From Erysipelothrix larvae (GTDB taxonomy: Bacteria > Bacillota_I > Bacilli_A > Erysipelotrichales > Erysipelotrichaceae), in contig NZ_CP013213.1 in NCBI RefSeq assembly GCF_001545095.1, positions 2,040,001-2,072,000 on the forward strand: 32,000 nt of DNA, given 5' to 3'. A program made the translations under genes and the position numbers. Under the pieces are notes generated by a model. It did not search any database. It saw only the letters and a list, made by a program, of their open reading frames with translations, and was not told where the DNA came from. Positions 6,615-16,035 of this stretch are shown piece after piece; the stretch's first letter is position 1, and each line of letters opens with the position of its first letter.

Positions 6615-8981
6615 TCACCGATTCTTATAATAGATATAAAGTGAATAGTTGCTTATTAAGGCTATGAAACCATAGACAATTAGTGATGTTAAGAAGGTCC
6701 CATTAAATATCGAACCATTCCCCATTAGTAGACTATGCAATGATAGTGCTTCAAAAGATTGTATCCCAATAAGTATCATAAGTAATGGAAGGAGTAACAC
6801 AACCCCTGTCATAATAAATACAATAACTATAGACGTAAATTTAGAGGATATCCATAGAATAATGCTGGTTGAAAATATTGCTCCAGAGAGTCTTAAAACC
6901 CAAACTAGAAGCAGGTATTGCCACAGTTTTAGATCCAGTACCCAAGCTGGTATGTTACTTATTTTGAAATCACTTGGTAAGATACTTTGGAACGTACTTT
7001 GCCATGCATCCATGGTATATATCGAAGAGAATGTAAAAAGGTCAACAAGTGATACTATGATAACTGCTCCGAATGCAATGAGATAAGCAAGCTTAATCTT
7101 ACTTTTGAAAAGGGGTAAATTACCCTTTTTCGTGATGGTAGCAATCCCATCTGGGTCTTGTTCATAATCAAATGCAATAATGGGTGATAACACGAGTACT
7201 AGTAAGACAATGAGTAGTAATGCATTTCTAAATTCTCGTGTTTCTGTATTAATAGAAAACAATGCTTGGTATCCATTTGGATAGACGAGTTCTTCTGAAT
7301 TATTCGTTATGTAATGGTCATAGAATTGATTGAAAACCGCCTTATCAACTGAATGTGATAGGTATTCATTTATAAAGTCGTAATATGCTTCTTCTGTAAT
7401 CGTGTGATCTTTGTATGCTTTTGCGTTTAGACTCAATTGTTTATTTAAGTTATCATAAAAATCATATTGCGTATCAATCCACAATATCTTCTCTTCATTG
7501 AGTTCTCCACCATGTTCACGATAAACCTCAACAAGTTTTTCATCAAGTGTCTTGATATTGAGTCCTTGATATATTCCGATATAGATATTTCCCAAATACA
7601 GACCGATTACGAGTACCACAAGCCATCCCTTTTGCATAATGAAACCTTTGTAAGACTCAAATCCAAACCGTTTCAATCTTGGTACAATAGTCGCATGAAG
7701 TTTATCAAATCTTAAATTGATCGAAAGTTGTGGTTTTAATTGCGCATTGCGCAAAACGATAATGCAGATTGTTCCAATAATGCATATAATAATTCCCACT
7801 CCATATATAAAATTAATTTTTGATAAGGAAAAACCCAATGTCTCAATTATTGAATATGATTGGAATAGGTCTCTTGCTTGAATAAGCGCATAAACATTTA
7901 GATACTTGAAAGGAACAAGCATCATGGTATCTTGAATGGTGAAGTATAACCCTGCACTGAATGAAAAAATCAAGAGGAAAGAGAATACCGCTTGTATACG
8001 ATTTGGAATAACTTGATAGAGTAATCCAAACAAAAATGACAACGCCAGCATGCCTACAAATTGCCCAGACACCATCCACATAAACCATCGACCCAAAGAC
8101 ATATTAAAAGAACTATAAGCCAAAGATGGAAAAGATTGGATTGGTGCAAGCCAGTTGATAGAACTAAAAATGAGTTGATTTGTTAGGATAAGCAAGGCAT
8201 AGATGGATATAAAGACCCCCAACAAACTCATTGTCCCTGCAATAAGTTTTGCGATGGTTGTTCTTGTTCTTCCTTTGTTGGTAATCAATAATAGATCATT
8301 CATCTGTGTTGTATGGTCTATTTCAAAAACAGATAAAAAGATAAATATTCCCACAATTATCAGGATTGGCTCAAGATTTGTACCTAAAAGCACATCAACA
8401 CCCTTATGATTCTCAGATGACAAACTCACTCCCCTTAGGTTCTCAAAATATGCACTTTGTTTACTATAGTAGTCCTTTCTTTGTTCAGAGTAGTTTTTCC
8501 AAAAAGGTTGGTTTTCCATGGCTTCAATGACATTGATCGAATCCTCAACAAACCTTGGAAAGTCTTGAATCATTGTATAATAATCAAAGAGTGCTTGATA
8601 GAGCATTAAAGTCTCATTGATATCAAAATCCCTTACAAATGTTTGATAGTCTTGGATAAAACTTTCTGTCATAAATGCATCATTATAGTATTCTTGACGC
8701 ATACTCTCAGCAATATCAGGAAGTGCTATATAAGTTTCATAATCAATATATAGATTAAGCGTCTCTATTTCATGCGCTATTTCCTGTGTAGCGACATCTA
8801 TTTCCAAAGAATCATAGTTGTCCTTTAATTCCGAATATGCCGAAATATTTACCGAGTCTTTCTCTAAACTTGTCTTTGATATATACATCATTCCTACTGA
8901 AAGAAAGAGCGAAATCAATAAGACTCCCCTAATGAAACGCTGTGACCACAGCTTTTTTAGCTCCTCATATATTAGCATCAT
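6615..8981 (-). CDS. Cassette A: giant ABC-2-type permease, internally duplicated (two TM1 / soluble loop / multi-TM halves)
   Basis: Likely start is MMLIYEELKKLW at 8981. The track ORF extends to 9050, but 8981 gives a 17-nt out-of-frame overlap with the ATPase stop. Each half has one TM, then an acidic/aromatic helical loop (about 170 aa in the first half, about 130 aa in the second), then a cluster of about 5-6 TMs. It pairs with the adjacent ABC ATPase. Confidence 0.8.
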   Translation of the reverse strand: MMLIYEELKKLWSQRFIRGVLLISLFLSVGMMYISKTSLEKDSVNISAYSELKDNYDSLEIDVATQEIAHEIETLNLYIDYETYIALPDIAESMRQEYYNDAFMTESFIQDYQTFVRDFDINETLMLYQALFDYYTMIQDFPRFVEDSINVIEAMENQPFWKNYSEQRKDYYSKQSAYFENLRGVSLSSENHKGVDVLLGTNLEPILIIVGIFIFLSVFEIDHTTQMNDLLLITNKGRTRTTIAKLIAGTMSLLGVFISIYALLILTNQLIFSSINWLAPIQSFPSLAYSSFNMSLGRWFMWMVSGQFVGMLALSFLFGLLYQVIPNRIQAVFSFLLIFSFSAGLYFTIQDTMMLVPFKYLNVYALIQARDLFQSYSIIETLGFSLSKINFIYGVGIIICIIGTICIIVLRNAQLKPQLSINLRFDKLHATIVPRLKRFGFESYKGFIMQKGWLVVLVIGLYLGNIYIGIYQGLNIKTLDEKLVEVYREHGGELNEEKILWIDTQYDFYDNLNKQLSLNAKAYKDHTITEEAYYDFINEYLSHSVDKAVFNQFYDHYITNNSEELVYPNGYQALFSINTETREFRNALLLIVLLVLVLSPIIAFDYEQDPDGIATITKKGNLPLFKSKIKLAYLIAFGAVIIVSLVDLFTFSSIYTMDAWQSTFQSILPSDFKISNIPAWVLDLKLWQYLLLVWVLRLSGAIFSTSIILWISSKFTSIVIVFIMTGVVLLLPLLMILIGIQSFEALSLHSLLMGNGSIFNGTFLTSLIVYGFIALISNYSLYIYYKNR

Positions 8982-9831
8982 AATCCACCATATAGTATAG
9001 ATATGCGTCTTCAAAAGTAGGTGTTTTATCCCCTTGTGCTGTTTCATCAATATAGCGAATCAAATACTTGGATTCGTATTTGTATACTCTTGAAACGCGG
9101 TATTGACTTTGATAATTTGGTAACTCATGGACTTCAATAAACTTTTCTACAACCTTGCCTTTCAATGTCTCTAAAAGTTCAAAGCCTGTACCTTCAAACA
9201 CAATATTCCCTTTATTAAGTAAAATAACTTTGTCTGCAATGGACTCAATATCTTGCATGACATGGGTTGCGATTAATACAATACGATTTTCTGCAATTTC
9301 ACTGATATAATTTCTTAACCGAATCCGTTCAAATGGGTCAAGTCCTGCGGTTGGCTCATCAAGAATGATGATCTTCGGATCACCCAATAAGGATTGCGCA
9401 AACATCAAGCGCTGTCTCATGCCACCTGAATAGGTCTTAATCTTCCGGTTAATACTTTCTTCAAGTCCAACTTGCTTAACCAAGGCATTGACTTGTATTG
9501 TCGCTTCTTGTTTTGAAATTCCCTTTAGGTTCGCCATATAATACATGAAAGCGAGTCCCGAGTAATTACCATAACCTTTTTGATTTTGTGGCATAAGTCC
9601 AATTAAAGAACGATACGATTCCTTTATATCCCAAATATGTTTGTCACCATAAGAAATAACACCTGATGTAGCTTTATCAAGTGTCGCAATGAGCCGAATC
9701 AACGTACTCTTACCAGCACCATTGGGCCCAATTAACCCATATATACCTGGCTTCATGGTAAAAGAAACATCTTTTAGTGCCTGAACTTCTTTAAATTTCT
9801 TTGACACATTTGTTAGATTTAGAAGTTCCAT
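8965..9831 (-). CDS. Cassette A: ABC transporter ATP-binding protein (ABC-2/DrrA-NatA-like)
   Basis: Walker A GPNGAGKST, signature YSGGMRQR, Walker B IIILDEPTAGLD, H-loop ATHV, and a C-terminal extension of about 60 aa. Confidence 0.9.
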   Translation of the reverse strand: MELLNLTNVSKKFKEVQALKDVSFTMKPGIYGLIGPNGAGKSTLIRLIATLDKATSGVISYGDKHIWDIKESYRSLIGLMPQNQKGYGNYSGLAFMYYMANLKGISKQEATIQVNALVKQVGLEESINRKIKTYSGGMRQRLMFAQSLLGDPKIIILDEPTAGLDPFERIRLRNYISEIAENRIVLIATHVMQDIESIADKVILLNKGNIVFEGTGFELLETLKGKVVEKFIEVHELPNYQSQYRVSRVYKYESKYLIRYIDETAQGDKTPTFEDAYLYYMVDYDANI

Positions 9832-9832
9832 A

Positions 9833-10963
9833 TTAGTGACTCAATAAGCCCCAAGGCCAACTTGCGATAATTTCTGCTTCACCAAATGTATTGTTTTGGA
9901 TTGGTATTCTTATAAACTCCATATAATCTTGCCCATATCGATACGCATAGTAATAATCATCAGCTACTATTTGCACAAACCCAACGAGTCTGAGGTCTTC
10001 TTTTTCTGTATATGTCGACAAGATATTTCCTTCAATATCATAAAGGAAAATATCTTCAGGCTCATCAGCTAAATTCCCAATCACAAAGTAATCTTTTTGC
10101 ATGATAACACTGCCTGTTGCTGGTTTTATGTACACTGTTTCTTTGATACTGGAATTATAGAGATTCATTGAATTGGTTGCTTCAACGTAGGTTACATATT
10201 TATCATTCTCCTTTTGATAAGGGGATAGATTTTCATCGATGAGTGATAACTGATTGTCTTCTGTATTCAACGAAATAATTGCATTACTACTAGTCTTGTC
10301 TTCATCAGTGAATGTTGTGGCATTCAAAAATACTTCATTACCGGAGGCCGATATAAGTCGAAGACCTGTTCCGCCTTCTATTTCCTCAAGACTCCAGTCA
10401 CTCATATCAATACGGTTGACTTTAGTGCCGCCATATGTGTAATAAACATAACCCCTATGATAAATCATAGTGAATGATGATTCATCAGGTTTACGTTCAG
10501 ATAGTACCGCAACTTGCCTCCTGTTGTTACCATCCAAATCCATTTGCATTAGTACTTCTGATATGATTCCAGCATCATTAACACTATCACTAACGTAATA
10601 TAAATAGCCATTATAATAGTTTAGTTGATAGTAATCGGTTTCTGAAAATGAAGTACATGATTCTGGTGACTGAAACGAACATTTCGCATCGCCACTAGCG
10701 TCAACAATTGAAAATTGATTAGTCTTTTTATCAACATAACCCAACATGAAAGTATTATTGATTTGCACAAAATCCGTGTTTAAAATTTCAAAGTAAATAC
10801 CCTCTTCACTTTCGGTGGCAGATCTCATCGCTGCAAAAGAACCACTTAATTGGTTTATATTATAATCATAACCCCAAATTGTGGGGTCAATTGGCTTTTC
10901 TTCTGTTTTACTACACCCAGTAAGCAATAAAAATGCAACGAGCACACTTGTTTTTATTTTCAT
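9833..10963 (-). CDS. Cassette A: lipoprotein with DUF5050-like beta-propeller repeats
   Basis: Probable start is MKIKTSVLVAFLLLTGCSK (ATG 10963, RBS AAGGAGAAG; the track ORF starts 12 codons earlier). Lipobox LLTGC. Repeated aromatic blades are present: YYNGYLYYVSD, HRGYVYYTYG, DIFLYDI, DYYYAYRYG. Confidence 0.8.
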   Translation of the reverse strand: MKIKTSVLVAFLLLTGCSKTEEKPIDPTIWGYDYNINQLSGSFAAMRSATESEEGIYFEILNTDFVQINNTFMLGYVDKKTNQFSIVDASGDAKCSFQSPESCTSFSETDYYQLNYYNGYLYYVSDSVNDAGIISEVLMQMDLDGNNRRQVAVLSERKPDESSFTMIYHRGYVYYTYGGTKVNRIDMSDWSLEEIEGGTGLRLISASGNEVFLNATTFTDEDKTSSNAIISLNTEDNQLSLIDENLSPYQKENDKYVTYVEATNSMNLYNSSIKETVYIKPATGSVIMQKDYFVIGNLADEPEDIFLYDIEGNILSTYTEKEDLRLVGFVQIVADDYYYAYRYGQDYMEFIRIPIQNNTFGEAEIIASWPWGLLSH

Positions 10964-11038
10964 AGAGCACTTCTCCTTATCAAAGTATCTAGTTAACAAG
11001 GGACTATAGCTGTTTTTGTTAGTTAGTTTACAGATTAA

Positions 11039-11395
11039 TTAATAACTTTTATCCAGGACTCGCCTGATATTTCCATAAGAAAATTCACCTTTAACACGTG
11101 CGATTTTATAACCAGAAGTGAATGTTATCATCGTATACTCAAAACCGTCCCCTGCACTATTGTCTGATGCTGTACGCTGTAACATAGTTGAGCCCTTATA
11201 TGCCCATGTGGTTTGAATTACTATCAATGCAGTACTTAGACTATTTGACTTTATGGATGCAGTTGCAGTAGTGTCGTTTACTTTGTTAATCAAATATTCG
11301 TATGTATCAGTTGCAGCACTTACACTTTGTGAAAGAAATAGAAAAACTGTTAACGAAAGAATTGTTCCAAGTAATTTCTTTTTAGTTTTGCTCAT
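11039..11395 (-). CDS. Cassette A: small Sec-secreted beta-rich protein of unknown family (about 91 aa mature)
   Basis: MSKTKKKLLGTILSLTVFLFLSQSVSA|ATDTYEY..., with a predicted AXA cleavage site. The mature part is rich in S/T/G/Y and contains no Cys. It is the first gene of the cassette. The track starts one codon earlier, at a TTG. Confidence 0.7.
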   Translation of the reverse strand: MSKTKKKLLGTILSLTVFLFLSQSVSAATDTYEYLINKVNDTTATASIKSNSLSTALIVIQTTWAYKGSTMLQRTASDNSAGDGFEYTMITFTSGYKIARVKGEFSYGNIRRVLDKSY

Positions 11396-11606
11396 CAAAA
11401 TTGTACCCTTATGCTATGGTTCCTAAAACTATTATACTTAATCTTCCAAAAAATATGTAGTACTATCACGCTATTTTTTAAGTGGTTTGTATTTATTTTA
11501 CTTAATTTCAACAGATTTCACATATCAAGGTGAATAATTAGTAATTTTGCTCTATATTAACGGTATAATAATGAACTAAATATACTTCAATAAATAATAT
11601 ATGTTT

Positions 11607-11700
11607 GAATATTAAACTTTATATGGGGTTTTGACAGCCAACACAATTACTATGGGAGAGACAGTTTCTCTCTAAACTCCCTCTTTAAAGTGTTTGGTTT
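11607..11700 (+). mobile_element. Solo, degenerate copy of the left end of the ISL3-like element found at 17494
   Basis: GAATATTAAACTTTATATGGGGTTTTGAC... at 11607 versus GGATATTAAACTTTACTTGGGGTTTTCAC... at 17494. Similarity continues for about 95 bp (roughly 70% by eye) as far as ...CTTTAAAG.GTTTGG. I found no matching right end nearby. Confidence 0.55.
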
Positions 11701-11993
11701 ATCTTATTTTCAAAGGCATAAATGAAAGAAAAAATGCCGTAGCGAGCTGAGATTCAATCAGCATTTACAAATAAAGTGTGGCACTATTTGCGAAAAAAAT
11801 TTTTAATATTACGATTATCTTTGAAGTGACAATCAACAGTTCAATGGATACATTGGTAAACATTTAAAAGCGTTGAATAAAGCATATTCACACATATTCT
11901 GCTACCTATAAATCCTTACTTTCTAAGAATTCAATTTCTCCATAAATCCATTATTCTCGTTTCAATCAATATTGAACAAAATATTTTAAACTG

Positions 11994-12836
11994 TCAGCCT
12001 AACAAATCAATGTACACATCATCAAGGGTTGTCTGGACTTGTCTCTCATGTAAAAGTTTTGAAATAAAGCGAATCTTTAAACCGTTTGATGTAGCCATTG
12101 CGCTCACAAACTTCGCAGAATCATCCTCATTTTTGATTGACTCAAAGGATTCATACGATTCAAAAACATTTGTATCATTAATCAGTGCTTCTTGATTCTT
12201 TATCGACAGAATTTGTCCATCTTTCATCACAATAATCTGGTCTGCAATCATTTCAACATCCGAGATAACATGCGTTGCAAGAATAACAATGCGATCTGTC
12301 GCTACTTCCGCGATAACCTTTCTTAAATTTAACCGTTGAACGGGGTCAAGGCCTGCTGTCGGCTCATCCAATAATAATATCTTGGGATCATTAAGCAGTG
12401 CTTGGGCAATGAGGACCCGCTGCTTCATACCACCTGATAATTGATCCAAAGATTTATGTTTAATCGTTTCTAAATCAGTGCGTTTCATGATGGTGTTTAC
12501 GTTCTCTGAAATCACGTTTCGCTTAATCCCTTTCATTGTACTCATATAAATCAAAAAAGACTCCACTGTGAGATTAGGGATTAGCGATTGTTGTTGTGGC
12601 ATATAGCCAATCATCTTTCGATAGTCATCACCCAATTGATGAATGCTTTTTCCATGATATAAAACGTCCCCTTCATAGCCCAAGGTTGTGCTTAAAATAT
12701 TAATAAGGGTCGATTTCCCAGCACCATTGTGTCCCAATAAAGCATACACACCCTCATCTAACGATAAACTAATCTTATTCAGCGCTATGGTTTCTCCATA
12801 GCGTTTTGTTATGTTTTTAAGCTCAAGAATACTCAT
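11994..12836 (-). CDS. Cassette B: ABC transporter ATP-binding protein, paralog of 8965-9831
   Basis: Walker A GHNGAGKST, signature LSGGMKQR, Walker B ILLLDEPTAGLD, H-loop ATHV. It aligns along its full length with the cassette A ATPase (roughly 40-45% identity by eye). Its start overlaps the permease stop by 4 nt. Confidence 0.9.
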   Translation of the reverse strand: MSILELKNITKRYGETIALNKISLSLDEGVYALLGHNGAGKSTLINILSTTLGYEGDVLYHGKSIHQLGDDYRKMIGYMPQQQSLIPNLTVESFLIYMSTMKGIKRNVISENVNTIMKRTDLETIKHKSLDQLSGGMKQRVLIAQALLNDPKILLLDEPTAGLDPVQRLNLRKVIAEVATDRIVILATHVISDVEMIADQIIVMKDGQILSIKNQEALINDTNVFESYESFESIKNEDDSAKFVSAMATSNGLKIRFISKLLHERQVQTTLDDVYIDLLG

Positions 12837-14905
12837 GATATTAACCCTCTTTTCACATTCATACCAATACCACCAATGACCAAACTCATATAACCTACCG
12901 CAACCACAGGATGTTCTAATATAGCCGTTGTAAGCACCATAAGTGGTGAGTATTCAGGGAAGAGTGTAAACAACCCCATCACCACAATAACAACAAATAT
13001 CATGCCAAATAATGCCTTTAATCCGCTTGTTTGTCGGGCAAGTCGATAACTACTCAAAACAATCAATCCATACACCAAGGCCCTAATTAACAGTGTACAC
13101 ACCATGTACACTGCAAGTGAAACATCCAAGGACAGGTCAGTGTCAAGAATTAGACTCATTGGATAGTTCACAGTAAACAAATTATAGTATTTTAAGATCT
13201 TCGCAATATATATTCCATAAACACCAATACAGAGCACCCCACCAATCCCCAACAACAACTGGAGGTCGATCTTCTTCTTTTGTTTTCGACCTAAAAGAGT
13301 ACTATCAAAAAGTGCATCAATCTTTGATGTCTTCGTTGGATTCACAAACATAAACACAAGACTCATCAGTGCTAAAGAAAGGGTTATAAAATGAATCTGC
13401 ATGCTAAACAAGGACTCTCTACCAAAAAGCTGTTCGTACCCTTGTATATTTGAATAGTAGGCCTCCCCATTTATTAGTACTTGTTCGATTTCATCGCGTA
13501 TCATGACAAGGGTACTGAGGTTGTTTGCTTTCTCGATGAGTTCACTATTATTGGTTTCATCACAATCCATTGTATTATCAATACAGGCATTGAGTTTGTC
13601 GCGCGCTTCTTGAGCGTCAAGGATGCGCACGTTCAAAGCTTCCAAAACATCCGCATCAACAATCCCCAGATACTCAGCACGCATAGCATCCACGTTTGCT
13701 TGTTCTGCATCTTCTAAGATGGTATAGCTCATATAGCGATACCCATTGTATCCAATTAAGATTACACAGATTAAAAATGCTTTATAAAGGATTCCCATTT
13801 GGAAGAATTCTTGAAGGGCAAGTGATTTAAACCTAAAGGAAAGTTTAAGGTCAAACTGCTTAAAGCCAATTCGATTGATATTTCGATACATTCCCCAAGA
13901 TAAAATGCTAACACAAACAGTAAGAACACACAGTGCAACAATTTGCAGTGTAGCAAGTTGAAACCCTAGTCCCAAAACAATCGAAATATTAAAGCTTGGC
14001 ATTGATCCAATAAGATAAGCATACACATTAATATATTTGAGAACACTGTAACCCGATGTAATTGAGATAAAGCTATGCATTAAGTACTGAACTAATGTCA
14101 TCAAAATAAATACAAACAATGCCAGTGCATCATTTCTAAAAATGTGAATAAATATGATTAGAATGGAACCAATGAAAAGCATACTCAGAATACCAAGACT
14201 TGAAATCATAATGAGATAAGACAAACAATTTAGATAATAAGGGAACCGGTTGAATCCTGAAATAAATTGAATCGGAACATATAATGACAACCCCATTAAC
14301 TTAAGTGTACCCACTGTAATAAGAAGCATACCCACTCTAAACAAAACAACACTAACTAATAATGCCAGTATCTTAGAAATATATAGGTGCTTCAACGATG
14401 TATGCGTACTCTCAAAAAGACGCAAAATCTTTATTTGAACATCCTGATAGAAAAGCGCTTGTACACACATAATTACAAAAATAAATGACAGGATTGAAAA
14501 AATAGGAGAGCGCAATACAACCGATGGAACATAGGTATTTTCCACATTCAATTCGAGTGTGTTCAATGTTTGATAATATTGAATTTCCTTCTTAAACCTC
14601 ACTAAATTATCTTTTGAATTAAAAAGCGATGACTGTATTTTCTTCTGATTGTTTTCAATGATTTCGTTATTATATTGCGTAAAGTTTTGAATCGTCTCAA
14701 TTTGATTTTTAAGATATGAACTACTGAGTGCTTCAGTGGAAAGATTCCCTTGAAGATACTGATTCCGTTGTGTTATATAACTTTGGTTTTCATCACTATA
14801 AAATGTACCCACCAAAAAAACCAGGAGTACCAGCATCAGTATCATGACCCCTGGAAGAATACCACGATAAGATTTAAGACGCTTTAGCTCTTGATTTAAC
14901 ATCAT
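12833..14905 (-). CDS. Cassette B: giant internally duplicated ABC-2-type permease, paralog of 6615-8981
   Basis: 690 aa. The plan is MMLNQELKRLKSYRG + TM, a loop of about 95 aa, a TM cluster, then a second TM, a helical acidic loop of about 120 aa and a second TM cluster. The N-terminal motif (ELK+L) and overall plan match cassette A. Confidence 0.8.
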   Translation of the reverse strand: MMLNQELKRLKSYRGILPGVMILMLVLLVFLVGTFYSDENQSYITQRNQYLQGNLSTEALSSSYLKNQIETIQNFTQYNNEIIENNQKKIQSSLFNSKDNLVRFKKEIQYYQTLNTLELNVENTYVPSVVLRSPIFSILSFIFVIMCVQALFYQDVQIKILRLFESTHTSLKHLYISKILALLVSVVLFRVGMLLITVGTLKLMGLSLYVPIQFISGFNRFPYYLNCLSYLIMISSLGILSMLFIGSILIIFIHIFRNDALALFVFILMTLVQYLMHSFISITSGYSVLKYINVYAYLIGSMPSFNISIVLGLGFQLATLQIVALCVLTVCVSILSWGMYRNINRIGFKQFDLKLSFRFKSLALQEFFQMGILYKAFLICVILIGYNGYRYMSYTILEDAEQANVDAMRAEYLGIVDADVLEALNVRILDAQEARDKLNACIDNTMDCDETNNSELIEKANNLSTLVMIRDEIEQVLINGEAYYSNIQGYEQLFGRESLFSMQIHFITLSLALMSLVFMFVNPTKTSKIDALFDSTLLGRKQKKKIDLQLLLGIGGVLCIGVYGIYIAKILKYYNLFTVNYPMSLILDTDLSLDVSLAVYMVCTLLIRALVYGLIVLSSYRLARQTSGLKALFGMIFVVIVVMGLFTLFPEYSPLMVLTTAILEHPVVAVGYMSLVIGGIGMNVKRGLIS

Positions 14906-14910
14906 GAATC

Positions 14911-16035
14911 CTAATTATCAAGTGCGTTGAGATAAGAAGAGGTTGCGATCTTAGTCCACTCACCTGTTTTATAGTTTACTGTATAATATCCCAAGCCATC
15001 ATTCTTGTCATTTGCGACAACAACCAGCGTGTCTTTAAACACACCGATGATTCCAGACACTTCAACCTTACTGCCGTTTAGGTCCAAAGAATTCGAAGGG
15101 ACAAATGACTCACTTGCCTCCACTTCATAGACAAGTGTTCCATCATAATCATACACTTGAAATTTCAACGGAGATTCTGCACTTGTAGCATAAATATACT
15201 GATCATCAATATATTCCATCACTGTATGTTCAAAAGTGGTTCTAACATCACCCGCTTCATTCACAACATGTGCTAATATTTTATCGGCTTGGATTTCATA
15301 ATAAATAAAATTGGAATCATAAGAACTTGCTAAAAAATAGTCTGGAGCCGATATTACATTTTCCAATGAATAATCATCAAAGGAAAAAGCATACAATGTA
15401 CTAACATTCGTTGATTGATTATACATATTAAGATATAAACCATCTTGTGAAGGAACATAACGAAGGAAACGTTGTCCTTCAGGTTCGATAATTTGTGTTT
15501 TCTCCTTCGAATTTAGGTTTACCACAAATACTTCCTGGGTAAAAGTATCAACATAAAATAGGTGACCATAGGTAATAAACATCTTATCAGGGACCGTGTC
15601 AAAAGTATAAACAACTTCTTTATTTAACCCTTCAGAATCAAGGCGATTAAGCATTAAGCCATTTTCCCCTTCAATCGTTCCATAGTATGAAATATAATAG
15701 AGCGACCCACCATAGCATTGAAAGTATTCCCCATCCATGATATCAAAATACTTCTCATACTCTAGCTCATAATCCTGAGAAACACTGACGACTTCATCAT
15801 CGATATAGTTCAAATCCGCTAATTTTAAAGACTCTTGCATCGCATCATCGTACACATAAAGTGTTCCAGAATCAATGTAATAAATTGCGTCATCTGTTGC
15901 TGAAATGCTAATTTTTGAAATATTAGTATTCATCCCAGTAAACATCTGATTTGCAGGAATGCTCTCGTCAATTTTAGTGGATGTTTGCGTACATCCAGCC
16001 AACAATAAAAGTCCAATCAACAAACCTTTCTTCAT
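14911..16035 (-). CDS. Cassette B: lipoprotein with DUF5050-like beta-propeller repeats, paralog of 9833-10963
   Basis: Lipobox LLLAGC. Blade motifs DAIYYIDSGTLYVYD, CYGGSLYYISYYG, YGHLFYVD, NFIYYEI, QYIYATS. The core YxxxYxG(Y/S)LYY(V/I)S ... L(D/M)xxG is shared with the cassette A lipoprotein. Confidence 0.8.
   Translation of the reverse strand: MKKGLLIGLLLLAGCTQTSTKIDESIPANQMFTGMNTNISKISISATDDAIYYIDSGTLYVYDDAMQESLKLADLNYIDDEVVSVSQDYELEYEKYFDIMDGEYFQCYGGSLYYISYYGTIEGENGLMLNRLDSEGLNKEVVYTFDTVPDKMFITYGHLFYVDTFTQEVFVVNLNSKEKTQIIEPEGQRFLRYVPSQDGLYLNMYNQSTNVSTLYAFSFDDYSLENVISAPDYFLASSYDSNFIYYEIQADKILAHVVNEAGDVRTTFEHTVMEYIDDQYIYATSAESPLKFQVYDYDGTLVYEVEASESFVPSNSLDLNGSKVEVSGIIGVFKDTLVVVANDKNDGLGYYTVNYKTGEWTKIATSSYLNALDN

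Noticed and set aside
11590-11710. The sequence shared with 17480-17600 could be a conserved leader RNA or riboswitch for the two cassettes.
   Set aside because: The 17.5-kb copy is the terminal segment of an ISL3-like element (GG terminus, 8-bp target duplication, matching boxes at the other end). It is separated from cassette B by a recombinase pseudogene. A solo IS end explains the repeat more simply.
11400-11993. I looked for a small regulator gene, a clear terminator or a CRISPR-like repeat in the 595-bp gap between cassettes B and A.
   Set aside because: I found only the solo IS end and weak AT-rich hairpins. One hairpin (GCTGA-TTGAATC-TCAGC) lies 11 nt from a U-run and is not convincing as a terminator. 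No direct-repeat array is present.
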